The notes beneath the pieces were generated by a model. It saw nothing but the letters and a program-made list of their open reading frames with translations, had not been told where the DNA came from and ran no database searches. The translations under genes were made by a program, and so were the position numbers. A stretch of 64,000 nucleotides of DNA from an uncultured delta proteobacterium (lineage in GTDB: Bacteria > Desulfobacterota > Binatia > UBA9968), in contig CAVSLC010000028.1 in the NCBI GenBank assembly GCA_963728565.1, forward strand, positions 1 to 64,000, given 5' to 3'. This document shows positions 30,207-41,076 of this stretch, piece after piece. How positions within the stretch are numbered: position 1 is the first letter of the stretch; each line of letters starts with the position of its first letter.

Positions 30207-30938
30207 ATGGCAATTACAAATGCTCAGTCAGGGACCAACATTCACGAGATCGCAGATCGAATTTATCGCATCAACACACCCGTTATTATCGAAGGTGGAC
30301 CGGGAGGCTTCTCATTCAATCAGTATCTGATCGTTGACGATCAGCCACTACTCTTTCACACCGGACCGCGAAAAATGTTCCCATTGGTTCGTGAGGCGGT
30401 GGCGAGCGTCATTCCGGTTGACAGGCTGCATTACGTTGCTTTCTCGCATGTCGAGGCCGATGAATGCGGCTCGCTTAACCAATGGCTTGCGGCAGCGCCT
30501 CAGTCTTTGCCGCTGTGCGGCGGCATCGCCGCGTTAGTATCCATCGAAGACCTTGCTGATCGATCGCCGCGGGCTCTGGCTGACGGGGAGCTGCTCTCGC
30601 TGGGTGAACATTCCGTGAGATGGTTCGATGCGCCGCACCTGCCGCATGCCTGGGAATGCGGCTTCCTGATGGAAGAAGCGACAAAAACACTGCTCTGCGG
30701 TGATCTCTTCACTCAAGGTGGCGCCGATCATCCGCCGATCACCGAGTCGGACATTCTGGGCCCAAGCGAGGCTTTCCGTAAGTCGCTGGACTATTACTCG
30801 CACACCAAAAATGCCCGCCCGATGCTCGAGAGACTTGCGGCGGCGCGACCCACGACAATGGGGTGTATGCACGGCAGCGCCTGGCGCGGCGACGGAGCCG
30901 CACTCCTGCGCGCTTTGGCGGACTCGCTCTCAGCTTAG
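30207..30938 (+). CDS. MBL-fold metallo-hydrolase (FprA-like N domain)
   Basis: FNQYL, SHVEADECG, PH.PH.WE, GDLF, MHGS. Confidence 0.85.
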   Translation: MAITNAQSGTNIHEIADRIYRINTPVIIEGGPGGFSFNQYLIVDDQPLLFHTGPRKMFPLVREAVASVIPVDRLHYVAFSHVEADECGSLNQWLAAAPQSLPLCGGIAALVSIEDLADRSPRALADGELLSLGEHSVRWFDAPHLPHAWECGFLMEEATKTLLCGDLFTQGGADHPPITESDILGPSEAFRKSLDYYSHTKNARPMLERLAAARPTTMGCMHGSAWRGDGAALLRALADSLSA

Positions 30939-30944
30939 TCCAAG

Positions 30945-31853
30945 CTACTCACTGCGTGCTTTTCTCCCCTCCTCCATCTCCTCCAACGTCTTGGGCCAGT
31001 CGGCTTTGAGCAAGCGCGACAGCGAACGATCGGCGAGCAAGCGTCCGCCGGTTTGACACTGCGCGCAGTAGTTGGTCTCGTTTTCGGCATAAGCGATTCG
31101 CTGCACCGGTGAACCGCAGACCGGGCATGGTTTGCGATACTTGCCGTGAACCGCCATGTCATCACGGAAGGCGGTGACCCGTTCGGGAAAATTCTTGCCT
31201 GTGTCTTTGCGCAATCGCTTGATCCACTCGCGTAAAACTTCTTTGGTTGCTCGATAGAGTCTCTCGATTTCTACCTCGCTGAGATGTCGGGTCTGCTTGA
31301 TCGGCGATAATCCGGCGCGATGGAGAATTTCGTCGGAGTAGGCGTTGCCAATGCCGCTGAACACGTGAGGATCGGTCATGGTTCTCTTAAGCGTGTGATT
31401 CTCGTCGGTCAGCGCGGCGCGGAACGCGTTCAGATCGGCGCCGAAGATTTCCAAGCCTCCAGGATCGTGTTCGGCCAACCGCTCCCTGCCGCGAACCAAA
31501 TGAAGAGACGCTCTCTTTTTTGTGCCCATCTCGGTCAATAGTAAAGTACCGGCAGGAAAATCGAGCGCAGCATGGCCGAATTTCCGCGGCACCGGCGCGC
31601 CGCGCTTTTTCCAATGGAACCGGCCGGCGACCATAAGGTGAAAGACCATAAAGAGCTCGTCTTCCAATTCGAACACGATGCGCTTACCTATACGGTTAAA
31701 CGCAACGACCTTTTTGCCTTCCGCAGCCTGGATCGGCGGATCGAACGAGCGCAATATGAAAGGGCTGGCTATGCGTATTTTCTGCAGCGGCTGGTTCAGC
31801 AGTCGCTCTTGAAGCGCCTCGATGTAAACGGTGATATCGGGAAGTTCCGGCAT
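30945..31853 (-). CDS. Fpg/Nei family DNA glycosylase
   Basis: N-terminal PELPD, GK...HLM.AG, H2TH GIGNAYSDEIL, zinc finger CPVC...CAQCQ. Confidence 0.9.
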   Translation of the reverse strand: MPELPDITVYIEALQERLLNQPLQKIRIASPFILRSFDPPIQAAEGKKVVAFNRIGKRIVFELEDELFMVFHLMVAGRFHWKKRGAPVPRKFGHAALDFPAGTLLLTEMGTKKRASLHLVRGRERLAEHDPGGLEIFGADLNAFRAALTDENHTLKRTMTDPHVFSGIGNAYSDEILHRAGLSPIKQTRHLSEVEIERLYRATKEVLREWIKRLRKDTGKNFPERVTAFRDDMAVHGKYRKPCPVCGSPVQRIAYAENETNYCAQCQTGGRLLADRSLSRLLKADWPKTLEEMEEGRKARSE

Positions 31854-31980
31854 GGTCCGATTTTCTGACTAACACGCGCGCCAATTAGTTGACAAGCGCA
31901 ACGTGAAGTCTGAGCCAGCCGAGAACCCAAGCTGGAGTTTGCCTTGCTTTTCGCGGCGCTTTCTCCTACATACCAAACTC

Positions 31981-32328
31981 ATGAAGATCATGAGAATTTA
32001 TACCGGAGCAGACAACGAATCGCACTTCGAAGAAAAAGAAATCAATCTCAAGTTCAATGGCGATATGGAAGTCTCCGAGCTGGAGCCTGCCACGGGAGTT
32101 TTTTTTCGCCAAGCTCCGGCCAATCACTTAAACGACTTCCATCCGGCGCCGCGGCGCCAGTACATCATCACTCTGTCGGGCGAGGTGGAGATCGAGATTG
32201 GCGACGGCACCGTCAAACGTTTCGGCAAAGGCGATATCATGCTCGCCGACGACACCACCGGCCGCGGTCATATCACTCGTGTGGTCGGCGACCAGCCGCG
32301 CGTCTACGTGACCATTCCTTTAAAATAA
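31981..32328 (+). CDS. Cupin-fold protein
   Basis: RIYTG.D.ESHFE, H.APRRQY...L.G, DTTGRGH. Confidence 0.8.
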   Translation: MKIMRIYTGADNESHFEEKEINLKFNGDMEVSELEPATGVFFRQAPANHLNDFHPAPRRQYIITLSGEVEIEIGDGTVKRFGKGDIMLADDTTGRGHITRVVGDQPRVYVTIPLK

Positions 32329-32379
32329 AGGTATCCCATCAGCAATCTCATTTCAGACGAAGCGCCACAGCGTGGTCGC

Positions 32380-33522
32380 TTGACGCTCTGCATCGTCCCC
32401 TGCTCCAACTTCATGCCATCGATGATGGTGGCAACATTGGGGATCGCCTTGCCTGAAATCAGGCAGTCGTTCTCGCTCTCTGAGGTCGAAGCGGCAAGCC
32501 TGTTCTCGGTTCTCATGATTGTCGCGGCCGTCACCAGCACTGTTGCGGGTCGTTTTGCCGACAGGTACGGCCGCAAGACGATATTGATCACCGGCTTGAG
32601 CCTTTTGGCCGCCGGTTTTGCCATGGCCGGCATTACTTCTAGTCGCCCCTTGTTTTTCTTGTCTCTCGGAATCACCGGATTGGGCTACGGCTTTACGCCG
32701 CCGGCGCTCTACGCCGTGATGTCGGATCTGCTACCGAACAAACGCGGTCTCGGCGCTAGCCTGGTTTCGGTTGCTTACGGCATCGGCGGCGCCATCGGTG
32801 CCGTCTTGGCCAGTCGGATCATCGCCGTCTCGGACTGGCGCGCAGCCTTTGTCAGCGTTGGAGTCATTGCCGCAGTGATCATGTTGCTGCAGCTATATTG
32901 GATCCGAAATATCCGCTCGATTAAATCCGCGGTCCGCGGCGGATCTTTCAGAGGCGCTCTCTCGCTGCCACTTTTGATTCTCGCTTTGGCCGAGTTCATT
33001 GGCGGATCGGTTTTCTGGAGCTCGGCGGCCTGGAGCCCAACATTGCTGCGCAGCGATAAAGCGCTCACACTAAAAGAAACCGGTTGGGTCATGGGCGTGC
33101 TGAGCCTGGCAAACATGCTGGGCTCGTTCTGCTTGGGCGCTTTATCGGACAAGTTGGGCCGGCGCCGGGTAATCGTGCTGAGTTCGTTTCCCGCGGCGGT
33201 GGCGGCGTTCGTGGTTTATTTTTGGTTGCAATCCCTCCTTGGACTCGCCCTCGGTATGCTTGTGTTTGGCGTGCTCAAGGCTTCGGTGCCGGCCTTGGTG
33301 GTTGCCTTGGCGCAAGAAGCCTCGCCGCCGGCCAGCGCCGGTACTGCCAGCGGCATTATCATGGCGCTGCACTACACCGCGGGAGTGATAGCGCCGCTAA
33401 TTGCGGCGAAATTGATCTCCGGCACCGGAGATATCGTCTTGGCGATGATCCTTTGCACTTCAGTCCCCTTGCTGCTCTATGGCACTCTCATCGCAACGGT
33501 GCGGGGGCGCGGCAACAGTTAG
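32380..33522 (+). CDS. MFS transporter (start uncertain)
   Basis: GRFADRYGRK and GALSDKLGRR motifs; about 12 TMs. Confidence 0.85.
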   Translation: MTLCIVPCSNFMPSMMVATLGIALPEIRQSFSLSEVEAASLFSVLMIVAAVTSTVAGRFADRYGRKTILITGLSLLAAGFAMAGITSSRPLFFLSLGITGLGYGFTPPALYAVMSDLLPNKRGLGASLVSVAYGIGGAIGAVLASRIIAVSDWRAAFVSVGVIAAVIMLLQLYWIRNIRSIKSAVRGGSFRGALSLPLLILALAEFIGGSVFWSSAAWSPTLLRSDKALTLKETGWVMGVLSLANMLGSFCLGALSDKLGRRRVIVLSSFPAAVAAFVVYFWLQSLLGLALGMLVFGVLKASVPALVVALAQEASPPASAGTASGIIMALHYTAGVIAPLIAAKLISGTGDIVLAMILCTSVPLLLYGTLIATVRGRGNS

Positions 33523-33602
33523 GCGTGATAGTATTAAAAATTTGATACTATCCCAAAGCCGGGGGGTCATCTCGAAGGATTTTCCAGGGTATCCGCAGCC
33601 CT

Positions 33603-33917
33603 TCAGCGAAGCCACGAGAGAGTCAGGACAAGCAACGTACCAGCAAGCATGCCGCTGACTGCGCTTCTGGTGATATAGGCAACGGCAATCGTCAGAGCCA
33701 ATGCCAGGGCTCGCGACGGAGCAAGGTGCAACTCAAACTTTCCATCTGTCATAAAGAGCGTCACTCCGACAATGCTGCAAATAAAAGCGTAGGATAAATA
33801 GCGTAACAGCCGGTCCAAGGATTCAGGAAATCTCCGGCCGACAAAAATCAGCTGCGGCAGGGCGCGCACGGCGAAGGCCATGAATCCCATGATCAAGATA
33901 ATGCCGATGCGCGACAT
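33603..33917 (-). CDS. azlD: AzlD-domain branched-chain amino acid export protein
   Basis: Small hydrophobic ORF overlapping the azlC end; F.VRALP...L.R.L.Y. Confidence 0.7.
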   Translation of the reverse strand: MSRIGIILIMGFMAFAVRALPQLIFVGRRFPESLDRLLRYLSYAFICSIVGVTLFMTDGKFELHLAPSRALALALTIAVAYITRSAVSGMLAGTLLVLTLSWLR

Positions 33918-34636
33918 TTCCACTGTTCCGCCCCCCAGACCAAAATTGCCACAATACTCGCCGTGACCAACCAACCCCAGCCGGCGCTCGCGAGCGCACC
34001 GGGCACCGCCAAGAACAATGCAGCAAGGCAGACGACCGGCATTGCCCAGCCGCGCATTTCCACCACCAACAGCCCTGCGAAATAGCCCGGCAGAATAAAT
34101 TTCAGCGCTTCTTCAAATCCTGTCGGGAAGCCGAGCGCGACCGCATATCCGAATGCGCTGCCGATAACCCAAACCAAAAAGCTGCTGGCGCCGACGCCCA
34201 GAAAGAAGGCCAAATTTTCATAGCCCTCTGCGGACTCAGTGAACCCCGAACAGCCAGCGTCCTGTCGTTCCTTTTGAAACTGCAGATAAGGCACGATGAA
34301 ACTACTGGCGCTAACCACATGGGACGAAAGCAACAAACTGAGGCGGTTGACGCCGTGAAAGTATGGCGCCAGAGCCGCGCTCATGGGCAGAAAGCGCAAG
34401 TTCATGAGAAAGCCTGCCAGCAGCACCTGGACTGACGACTTGCCCTCCGCCAGCGGTCCTAAAACCGCGAATTGCGCCGGACCGGAGTAGACCCAGGCGG
34501 ACATCAGGACAATTTCAGCGAATCTCATTCCGTGCGCTTGCGCGGCAATGCCCCAGGCGAGAGAGGATGGCACGAAGGCGATCCAGATCGGAATCGCCGC
34601 TTTCATTCCTTGACGAAAACGGAACGCGAAGCGCAT
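33893..34636 (-). CDS. azlC: AzlC family permease
   Basis: MS..VYSG.AQF, NLR...MS, W..GS..G, F.LP..F..L. Confidence 0.8.
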   Translation of the reverse strand: MRFAFRFRQGMKAAIPIWIAFVPSSLAWGIAAQAHGMRFAEIVLMSAWVYSGPAQFAVLGPLAEGKSSVQVLLAGFLMNLRFLPMSAALAPYFHGVNRLSLLLSSHVVSASSFIVPYLQFQKERQDAGCSGFTESAEGYENLAFFLGVGASSFLVWVIGSAFGYAVALGFPTGFEEALKFILPGYFAGLLVVEMRGWAMPVVCLAALFLAVPGALASAGWGWLVTASIVAILVWGAEQWKCRASALS

Positions 34637-34753
34637 TGAAACCGCTTAGCTGACGGCGGTTCAAAGATCAACCAAAGGCAGACATCTATCGTCTCGCGAC
34701 AATCATTGGCAACACTTACCGCCGCGAAATCTCGTTCCACCGCGCTGCCTCAG

Positions 34754-34911
34754 TAGCAGGTTGCTGAAAACTCTGGTTGCAGGCTGCTCAAAAAGATCCA
34801 GAGGCGCGCGAAGCACAAGGATGAAAGCGGAAATCTGAAAGCGGAATTCAGTTTTCAGCTTTCATAATTGATCTTTCACATCGCATATGGGTCTTTTTCA
34901 GCAGCCTGCTA
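34754..34911 (+). mobile_element. MITE-like repeat copy B, core replaced by a TGAAAGCG/CAGCTTTCA repeat
   Basis: TAGCAGGTTGCTGAAAA..GCAGGCTGCTCAAAAAGATCC ... GGGTCTTTTTCAGCAGCCTGCTA. Confidence 0.75.
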
Positions 34912-34956
34912 GTCATGTTGAATTCGACTATCGCTTATGCGAACTTGAATTTCCTC

Positions 34957-36345
34957 ATGACCGAACAAGCGACGCACCTGCTCCGCGAGCTGCCCTCGGT
35001 AGACCGGCTCATGAAGCATCCCCATTGCGAAGCGCTGCTGGCCCGATACAACCGCGACTATCTCATTCAGAAATGCCGGGACGCGCTCGATCAAGCCCGT
35101 ATTGAAATCAGGCAGGGTAAAAGTTCCGCCGGAGGCGCAGTTAAAATCGACGCGATTGCCGCACGAGTTGAAGCGCAAATCGCAGCGGAGAGCCAACCGG
35201 GTCTTGTTCGAGTGGTGAACGCCACGGGCACGATCCTGCATACCAATCTCGGCCGGGCGCTCCTATCCCAGGCTGCCATAGACGCGGTTCTCGGCGTGGC
35301 CGGTTGTCCGGTGAATCTCGAATACGATCTTACCGCGGGAAAGCGCGGCCGGCGCGAGGAAACCATTGAAAAGCTGCTGATTGAGCTGACTGGAGCCGAA
35401 GCGGCGACCGTGGTCAATAACAATGCCGCTGCGGTGCTGCTCGCTTTGAATAGTCTCGCCGAAGGCCGGGAAGTCATCGTTTCGCGCGGTGAGCTGATCG
35501 AAATTGGCGGCGCCTTTCGGATTCCGGAGATCATGGCTAAAAGCAACGCGATCTTAAAAGAAGTCGGCAGCACCAATCGCACGCACCCGCAAGACTACGA
35601 GCGAGCCATCAATGAAAAAACTGCTCTGCTGCTAAAAGTGCATACCAGCAACTATAAGGTCGTCGGATTTACCGCCGATGTCGATTTGGCGCAGCTCGTC
35701 GCCATCGGTAAGGAACACAACGTCCCGGTGATGGAAGATCTGGGCAGCGGCGCGCTCATCGATCTCAGCCGCTACGGGTTGCCGAAAGAACCGCTTGTTG
35801 CCGAGCGCATCGATGCCGGCGCCGATGTGGTCACTTTCAGCGGCGATAAAATTCTCGGCGGTCCCCAGGCAGGGCTATTGGTCGGCAAAAAAAGTCTCAT
35901 CGGCAGGATGAACAAAAATCATTTGCAGCGCGCGCTGCGCTGCGGCAAATTGACCTTGGCGGCTTTGGAAGGAACGCTTCGGCGCTACCAGCAGTCGCCC
36001 GATATCACCCGGGAGATTCCGACCTTAAGAAGCTTCACCCGCGGTGTCGATGAAATCGGCGAACTGGGCAAACAGCTGTTGCCGAGACTTCAACGCGCGC
36101 TCGGCGATGGTTACCGCTTAACTCTGGAAGAATCGACTTCGCAGATCGGCAGCGGCGCGCTACCCACTGAAGAGCTGCCAACCGTAGTCATCGCGATTGT
36201 CCATGAGGAGCTCAACGCCAACCGAATCGCCGAAAGCTTTCGCCGCGCCAAGCCGCCGATTATCGGCAGGATTCAAGACGAACGTTTTCTGCTCGACTTG
36301 AGAACGATCTTCGATGCCGAGGACTTGGTTCCGAAGTTTGACTGA
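34957..36345 (+). CDS. selA: L-seryl-tRNA(Sec) selenium transferase
   Basis: VNATGTILHTNLGRA, VNNNAAA, VSRGELIEIGG.FRIP, FSGDK.LGGPQAG. Confidence 0.97.
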   Translation: MTEQATHLLRELPSVDRLMKHPHCEALLARYNRDYLIQKCRDALDQARIEIRQGKSSAGGAVKIDAIAARVEAQIAAESQPGLVRVVNATGTILHTNLGRALLSQAAIDAVLGVAGCPVNLEYDLTAGKRGRREETIEKLLIELTGAEAATVVNNNAAAVLLALNSLAEGREVIVSRGELIEIGGAFRIPEIMAKSNAILKEVGSTNRTHPQDYERAINEKTALLLKVHTSNYKVVGFTADVDLAQLVAIGKEHNVPVMEDLGSGALIDLSRYGLPKEPLVAERIDAGADVVTFSGDKILGGPQAGLLVGKKSLIGRMNKNHLQRALRCGKLTLAALEGTLRRYQQSPDITREIPTLRSFTRGVDEIGELGKQLLPRLQRALGDGYRLTLEESTSQIGSGALPTEELPTVVIAIVHEELNANRIAESFRRAKPPIIGRIQDERFLLDLRTIFDAEDLVPKFD

Positions 36346-36434
36346 GACAAATCGCGCGAGACGCAAAGAGATAAACACGAAAGTTGAATCGCAATATTCC
36401 AGCCGAGTCCATGGAAGCACCAACCGAAATGTCT

Positions 36435-36559
36435 TTAGGCTGTTCAAAAAGGTTCAAATGCGAGGCGCGCGAAGAGCGATGAGCGGAAGCGTACTCATGT
36501 ACGTTGACGCGAAATCGCTCGAGCGCAACGAAGCAGATGAGCCTTTTTCAACAGCCTAA
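36435..36559 (+). mobile_element. MITE-like repeat copy C (between selA and selB)
   Basis: TTAGGCTGTTCAAAAAGG ... CCTTTTTCAACAGCCTAA with the family core. Confidence 0.75.
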
Positions 36560-36575
36560 GAAAAGTTGACAAAAA

Positions 36576-38507
36576 ATGCCTTACATCATCGGCACCGCCG
36601 GACACATCGACCACGGTAAAACCAGCCTGATCAAAGCTTTGACCGGCGAGGACACCGACCGGCTCAAGGAAGAAAAGGAACGCGGCATTTCCATCGACTT
36701 GGGTTTTGCCCAACTCGACCTCGGCGACGGCAATCTCGCCGGGGTCGTCGACGTTCCCGGCCATGAGCGCTTCATCAAGAACATGCTGGCGGGCGCGCAC
36801 GGCATCGATCTGGTGCTGTTTACGGTTGCCGCCGACGACGGCGTCATGCCGCAGACCGAAGAACACCTCGACATCGTTCACCTGCTCGGCATCAAGGTAG
36901 CCATCTTCGTGATCACCAAAGCGGATCTGGTTTCGCGGGCGCGCATTGCCGAAGTGGAAGAGGAAATCAACATCTTGACTCTCGGAACCGTTCTGGAAGA
37001 ATCGCCGATCATCGCGGTTTCCTCAGCCACCGGCCAGGGGCTCGGTGAGCTCAAGCAGCTTGTTTCTCAATCGTTGAAGTCCATCGATAAACCGGCGCCG
37101 AGCGGCTACTTCCGCCTCCCGGTGGACCGCGCTTTCGTGTTGCAGGGCCATGGCGTAGTGGTGACCGGCACGGCGCGCAGCGGCGAGATCAGGACTGGTG
37201 ACCGGGTGCGTTGCCTGCCCGGCGAGCAAATTTTTCGCGTGCGCAGCCTGCAGGTGCATGGAGAATCTGTTGAGCTCGCCGGCTGGGGCCAACGGGTGGC
37301 GCTGAATCTCACCGGACCCGATACCGCCGAAGTCGCGCGCGGCCACGTCATCTGTCACGAGAAGATCTCGCTGACTTCAAATCGCTTCGACGCCTATTTG
37401 GAAGTCCGGCCGGCGGCGCGCAAGGGCATCAAGAACCATCAGAACGTGAGGGTCCATCTGGGGACCGCGGAACGGCTTGGCAAAGTCATCATCCTCGGCG
37501 AAAGGGACCATATCGAGCCGAAGCAATCGGCGTACTGCCAGATCACCCTGGCCGAACCGATCCTGGCTTTGCGCGGCGATCATTTCATTCTCCGCGATGA
37601 AACCGCGCAACGGACACTCGCCGGCGGCATGGTGATCAACCCATGGGCCAGAAGACATAAGCGCTCCGACGATCTGCGCGACAAACTCGAGGCGCTACAC
37701 CGCGGCGACATCACCCAACTGACGGAAGCGTTCCTGGAAGAAAGCGAGGCGTTCGCGTTGCCGCTCGAATCCATTTACCAGTTCCTCGATTGCCGAGAGG
37801 AACTGATTCGCAGCTCCATCGACAAAATGAAAAATGTCCGCGCGGTCAGCGCGGAGGGCGAGAAAGTCTACACCACCGAACCGAAATGGCAGCGTCTCAA
37901 AGAGCAGATCTCCAGGATCCTCAAGGATTTCCACGCAACCCATCCGCTGGTTCCGGGCATGGATATGGAAGAGCTGCGCGGCAAGCTCGCCTACGAGCTT
38001 TCGCCCAAAGTCTTCCGGCTGGTAATCGACGGACTGATCGGTGAACGGCTGATCGCCAAGGAGGAAAACCTGCTGCGCTTAGCCCAGCATAAAGTTCAGC
38101 TTGGCGGCCAAGACAAATTGCTGATGGAGCGAATAAAGAAAATCCTTGCCGAACACGAGATGGCGCCGCCGGAGCTGAAGCAGATCGAAAAAGACGCGTC
38201 GGTGCCGCGTGCGAAATTGGCCGAGGTGCTGCGCCTGCTCGAAAGAGAGCGGTCGGTGGTCAAAGTAGCTACCGATCTCTATTTCCTATCCAGTTGCGTC
38301 GACAGGGTTAAGCATCTGCTTTGCACCCACCTCGCCGAGCAGGGTGAAATATCGGCTGCCACATTTCGTGACCTGCTGGGATCAAGCCGTAAATATACCA
38401 TTGCGCTATTGGAACATTTCGATCGAGAAGGCGTGACTCTGAGGGTCGGCGACGTTCGGCGCCTGAAAGCCGCTTCGATAACTGAAAAGCGTGGCTCGGC
38501 GCATTGA
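36576..38507 (+). CDS. selB: Selenocysteine-specific elongation factor
   Basis: [32 protein letters not shown]; C-terminal winged helix SRKY.I.LLE.FD. Confidence 0.97.
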   Translation: MPYIIGTAGHIDHGKTSLIKALTGEDTDRLKEEKERGISIDLGFAQLDLGDGNLAGVVDVPGHERFIKNMLAGAHGIDLVLFTVAADDGVMPQTEEHLDIVHLLGIKVAIFVITKADLVSRARIAEVEEEINILTLGTVLEESPIIAVSSATGQGLGELKQLVSQSLKSIDKPAPSGYFRLPVDRAFVLQGHGVVVTGTARSGEIRTGDRVRCLPGEQIFRVRSLQVHGESVELAGWGQRVALNLTGPDTAEVARGHVICHEKISLTSNRFDAYLEVRPAARKGIKNHQNVRVHLGTAERLGKVIILGERDHIEPKQSAYCQITLAEPILALRGDHFILRDETAQRTLAGGMVINPWARRHKRSDDLRDKLEALHRGDITQLTEAFLEESEAFALPLESIYQFLDCREELIRSSIDKMKNVRAVSAEGEKVYTTEPKWQRLKEQISRILKDFHATHPLVPGMDMEELRGKLAYELSPKVFRLVIDGLIGERLIAKEENLLRLAQHKVQLGGQDKLLMERIKKILAEHEMAPPELKQIEKDASVPRAKLAEVLRLLERERSVVKVATDLYFLSSCVDRVKHLLCTHLAEQGEISAATFRDLLGSSRKYTIALLEHFDREGVTLRVGDVRRLKAASITEKRGSAH

Positions 38508-38541
38508 ATTGAGTTTGCGATCGAACTACACTCAGAGGTCT

Positions 38542-39597
38542 ATGATGCTCGCAAAGAAAAAAGTCGTCCGGCTGACGCAGTCAGTCAAAGCCGCGGGTTG
38601 AGCCGCTAAGCTCGGCCCTGCCGACCTCGTGCAAGTTTTGCACGGTCTGCCAAAGTTCAACCACCCGGACATGTTGGTCGGGACGGAGACCTCCGACGAC
38701 GCCGGAGTCTTTCGCCTGCGGCCGGATCTCGCCATCGTCAACACGGTCGATTTCTTCACGCCGATCGTCGATGACCCGTATACCTTCGGACAGATCTCGG
38801 CTACCAATTCGCTCAGCGACGTCTACGCCATGGGCGGCGAGCCCAAGACATGCCTGAACCTCGTCTGTTTTCCAAAAGGAAAGATGGATATCGAAATCCT
38901 GGGCGAGATTCTCAAAGGCGGCGCCGATAAGGTCAAGGAAAGCGGCGCGGTGATCATCGGCGGTCACAGCATCATCGACGAAGAGATCAAATATGGGCTG
39001 GCGGTTACCGGGACCATCCATCCCGATAAGATCTACCGCAATGTCGGCGTGCAGGAAGGCGACGCGCTGATTCTAACCAAACCTCTCGGCACCGGCATAA
39101 TCACCACGGCTCTCAAGAAAGGTAAAGCTGGCGAACAAAGCGTCGATCAAGCCGTTCGGTCGATGACGACGCTCAACGCCACGGCTTCTGAAGTGATGCG
39201 CAAATTCGCCGTGCACGCCTGCTCGGATATAACCGGCTTTGGCATTCTTGGCCATGGTTTGGGAATGGCCAGCGGCAGCGGTGTGACTCTGGTGATCGAA
39301 TCGGCCAAGCTGCCGCTTCTGCAAGATGCCACCCATTTAGCCGAGAAAGGCTACATCACCGGCGGCTGCAAACGTAATCGCGAGTTTTTGCAGGATAAAA
39401 TATTCATCGAAAACTCGATCCGTGAGGGACTGATCGAAGTAGCCATGGACCCGCAAACTTCGGGCGGACTGCTGATAGCCGTCGCCAACCGACACGCATC
39501 ACAGCTTCTTGAAGAGCTTCAGAGCGCAGGTGTCGACGCGGCAACGCAAGTCGGCTATGCCACCTCGCTCCAAAAAGCCTGGGTACGGCTTGTCTGA
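38542..39597 (+). CDS. selD: Selenide, water dikinase containing selenocysteine (UGA at 38599-38601)
   Basis: MMLAKKKVVRLTQSVKAAG-U-AAKLGP is in frame with DDAGV, TVDFFTPIVDDP, SDVYAMGG, DPQTSGGLL. SD GAGG. Confidence 0.95.
38623..38647 (+). promoter_or_regulatory. Putative bacterial SECIS hairpin in selD
   Basis: GAC-(CT bulge)-CGTGCAA-GTT-TTGCACG-GTC; apical G about 33 nt after the UGA. Confidence 0.6.
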
Positions 39598-39606
39598 ACC
39601 ATCCGT

Positions 39607-39735
39607 TAGCGGGCTGCTGAAAAAGCCCATAGGCTTCGTTGCTCTTCGACCGATTGCGCGTCAACGTGCAGGAGCGCGCCTCCGCTCATCGATCTTCGAG
39701 CGCCTCGCCTATGGATCTTTTTGAGCAGCCCGCCA
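39607..39735 (-). mobile_element. MITE-like repeat copy D (after selD)
   Basis: TAGCGGGCTGCTGAAAAAG ... CTTTTTGAGCAGCCCGC; core in reverse orientation. Confidence 0.75.
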
Positions 39736-39800
39736 CCGAACCGGCAACCTGCTAAGCTTCGACACTTCCCCGGTTCGGCTGAGCACCGAAAAATCAGCTT

Positions 39801-40794
39801 TCATTTGCCGCTTGCCAGCACCGACTTGATAAAACCGCTCTGGTCCAACTCGCGCACTAATCGGCTATCGGCGAAATCCTCGGGTTTCGCTCCCCTGGCT
39901 TTTGGAAACTGTTTTTCCAGCTCTTGTAACAAGCTGGCGATCCCCGCCGGATATGGAGGGACACTGAAACCATTTTTGATGCTCATCTCGTATGTCTCTT
40001 CCAGCACTTCGCGGTCGTCGCTGCGAAAATACTTTCCCATGGTCTTCATGGCAAAGGCCTTGTCCTTCTGTCCGCGAACCGCGCCTTCGATATAAGCTCG
40101 GAGAAAACGGCGCACGACATCCTCGTTGCTCTTTAAGATACCTGCGGGTAGTCACCAGACCGTTGACGTGATACTCGACATCGAGTTTTGACAGGTCCAT
40201 CAATTCCTTGAGCTTAACCCTTTTCGCTTGCAGTGTCGCCGGCGGCGAGATCGCCGCCGCATGAACTTTGCCGGTCATCATGGCAGTCACCGTTTCCGCC
40301 GGCCCTCCGGTTTGGACCATGGTGACATCGCGCTCCGGATCGAGGCCATGAAGGCGCAACGCGATGCGCGAGGCCAGGTCCGATTGAGTGCCGAACCGGG
40401 TCGTGCCAAACACTTTGCCTTTTAAATCTTCCATACGGCTGATGTTAGGCTGGCTGAAGATCCACCAGTTAAATTTTTTCGCGATAGTCGCGACAATTAC
40501 CGTATCCGTGCCCGACAGGGCGACCTGGATCGGACCCGCGCCGCCAGCTTGAATGATCGGCAGCTCTCCCGACAACATCGCCTGCAGCGCCAGCGAGCTT
40601 CCGGGAATACTGATGAGTTCGACATTGAGGCCGTTTTTTTCATAGTAATTTCCCTCTTTGGCAAACCAAATAGACATCTGCGCCGCCGATGCCGAGCCGC
40701 CGCCCGTTCGCAAGTTGTCGAGCTTCTTCTCCTGAGCAAACACGTTCGATGCGATCGCAACGAAAATCACAGTGCACATTATCAGCCGATGCAT
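39801..40794 (-). pseudogene. NMT1/SsuA-like substrate-binding protein, frameshifted near 40132
   Basis: Removing one base in CTTAAAGAGC (- strand) joins TTRRYLK to SNEDVVRRFLRAY...ELDQSGFI. Confidence 0.75.
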
Positions 40795-41076
40795 GTTTAT
40801 ACCTTCTCTCCTCATCATAAAACGCCCGATGATGCATCTATATAAGACAGCTTTAGCCGCTGTTGTCGAGAAAGTCCTTCACTCATGAAAGCGATTCCTT
40901 GTTAGTGTTGTAACAATCTGGATCTATAAAAGCTTGGGTAAAGCCTCGGCCGGCGCTATGGCAATCGATTCGAGGTCCATACATACGAGCTGGGGATCTA
41001 CTTCCGCCTCCAATGAAATCCTATATACTGGCTTTATTGAAGCAACGAACTCACAGCAGACGATAAGGAGACGATC

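Noticed and set aside
33527-33552. AT-rich palindrome GATAGTATTAAA..TTTGATACTATC
   Set aside because: Single copy between convergent genes; most likely a terminator-like hairpin.
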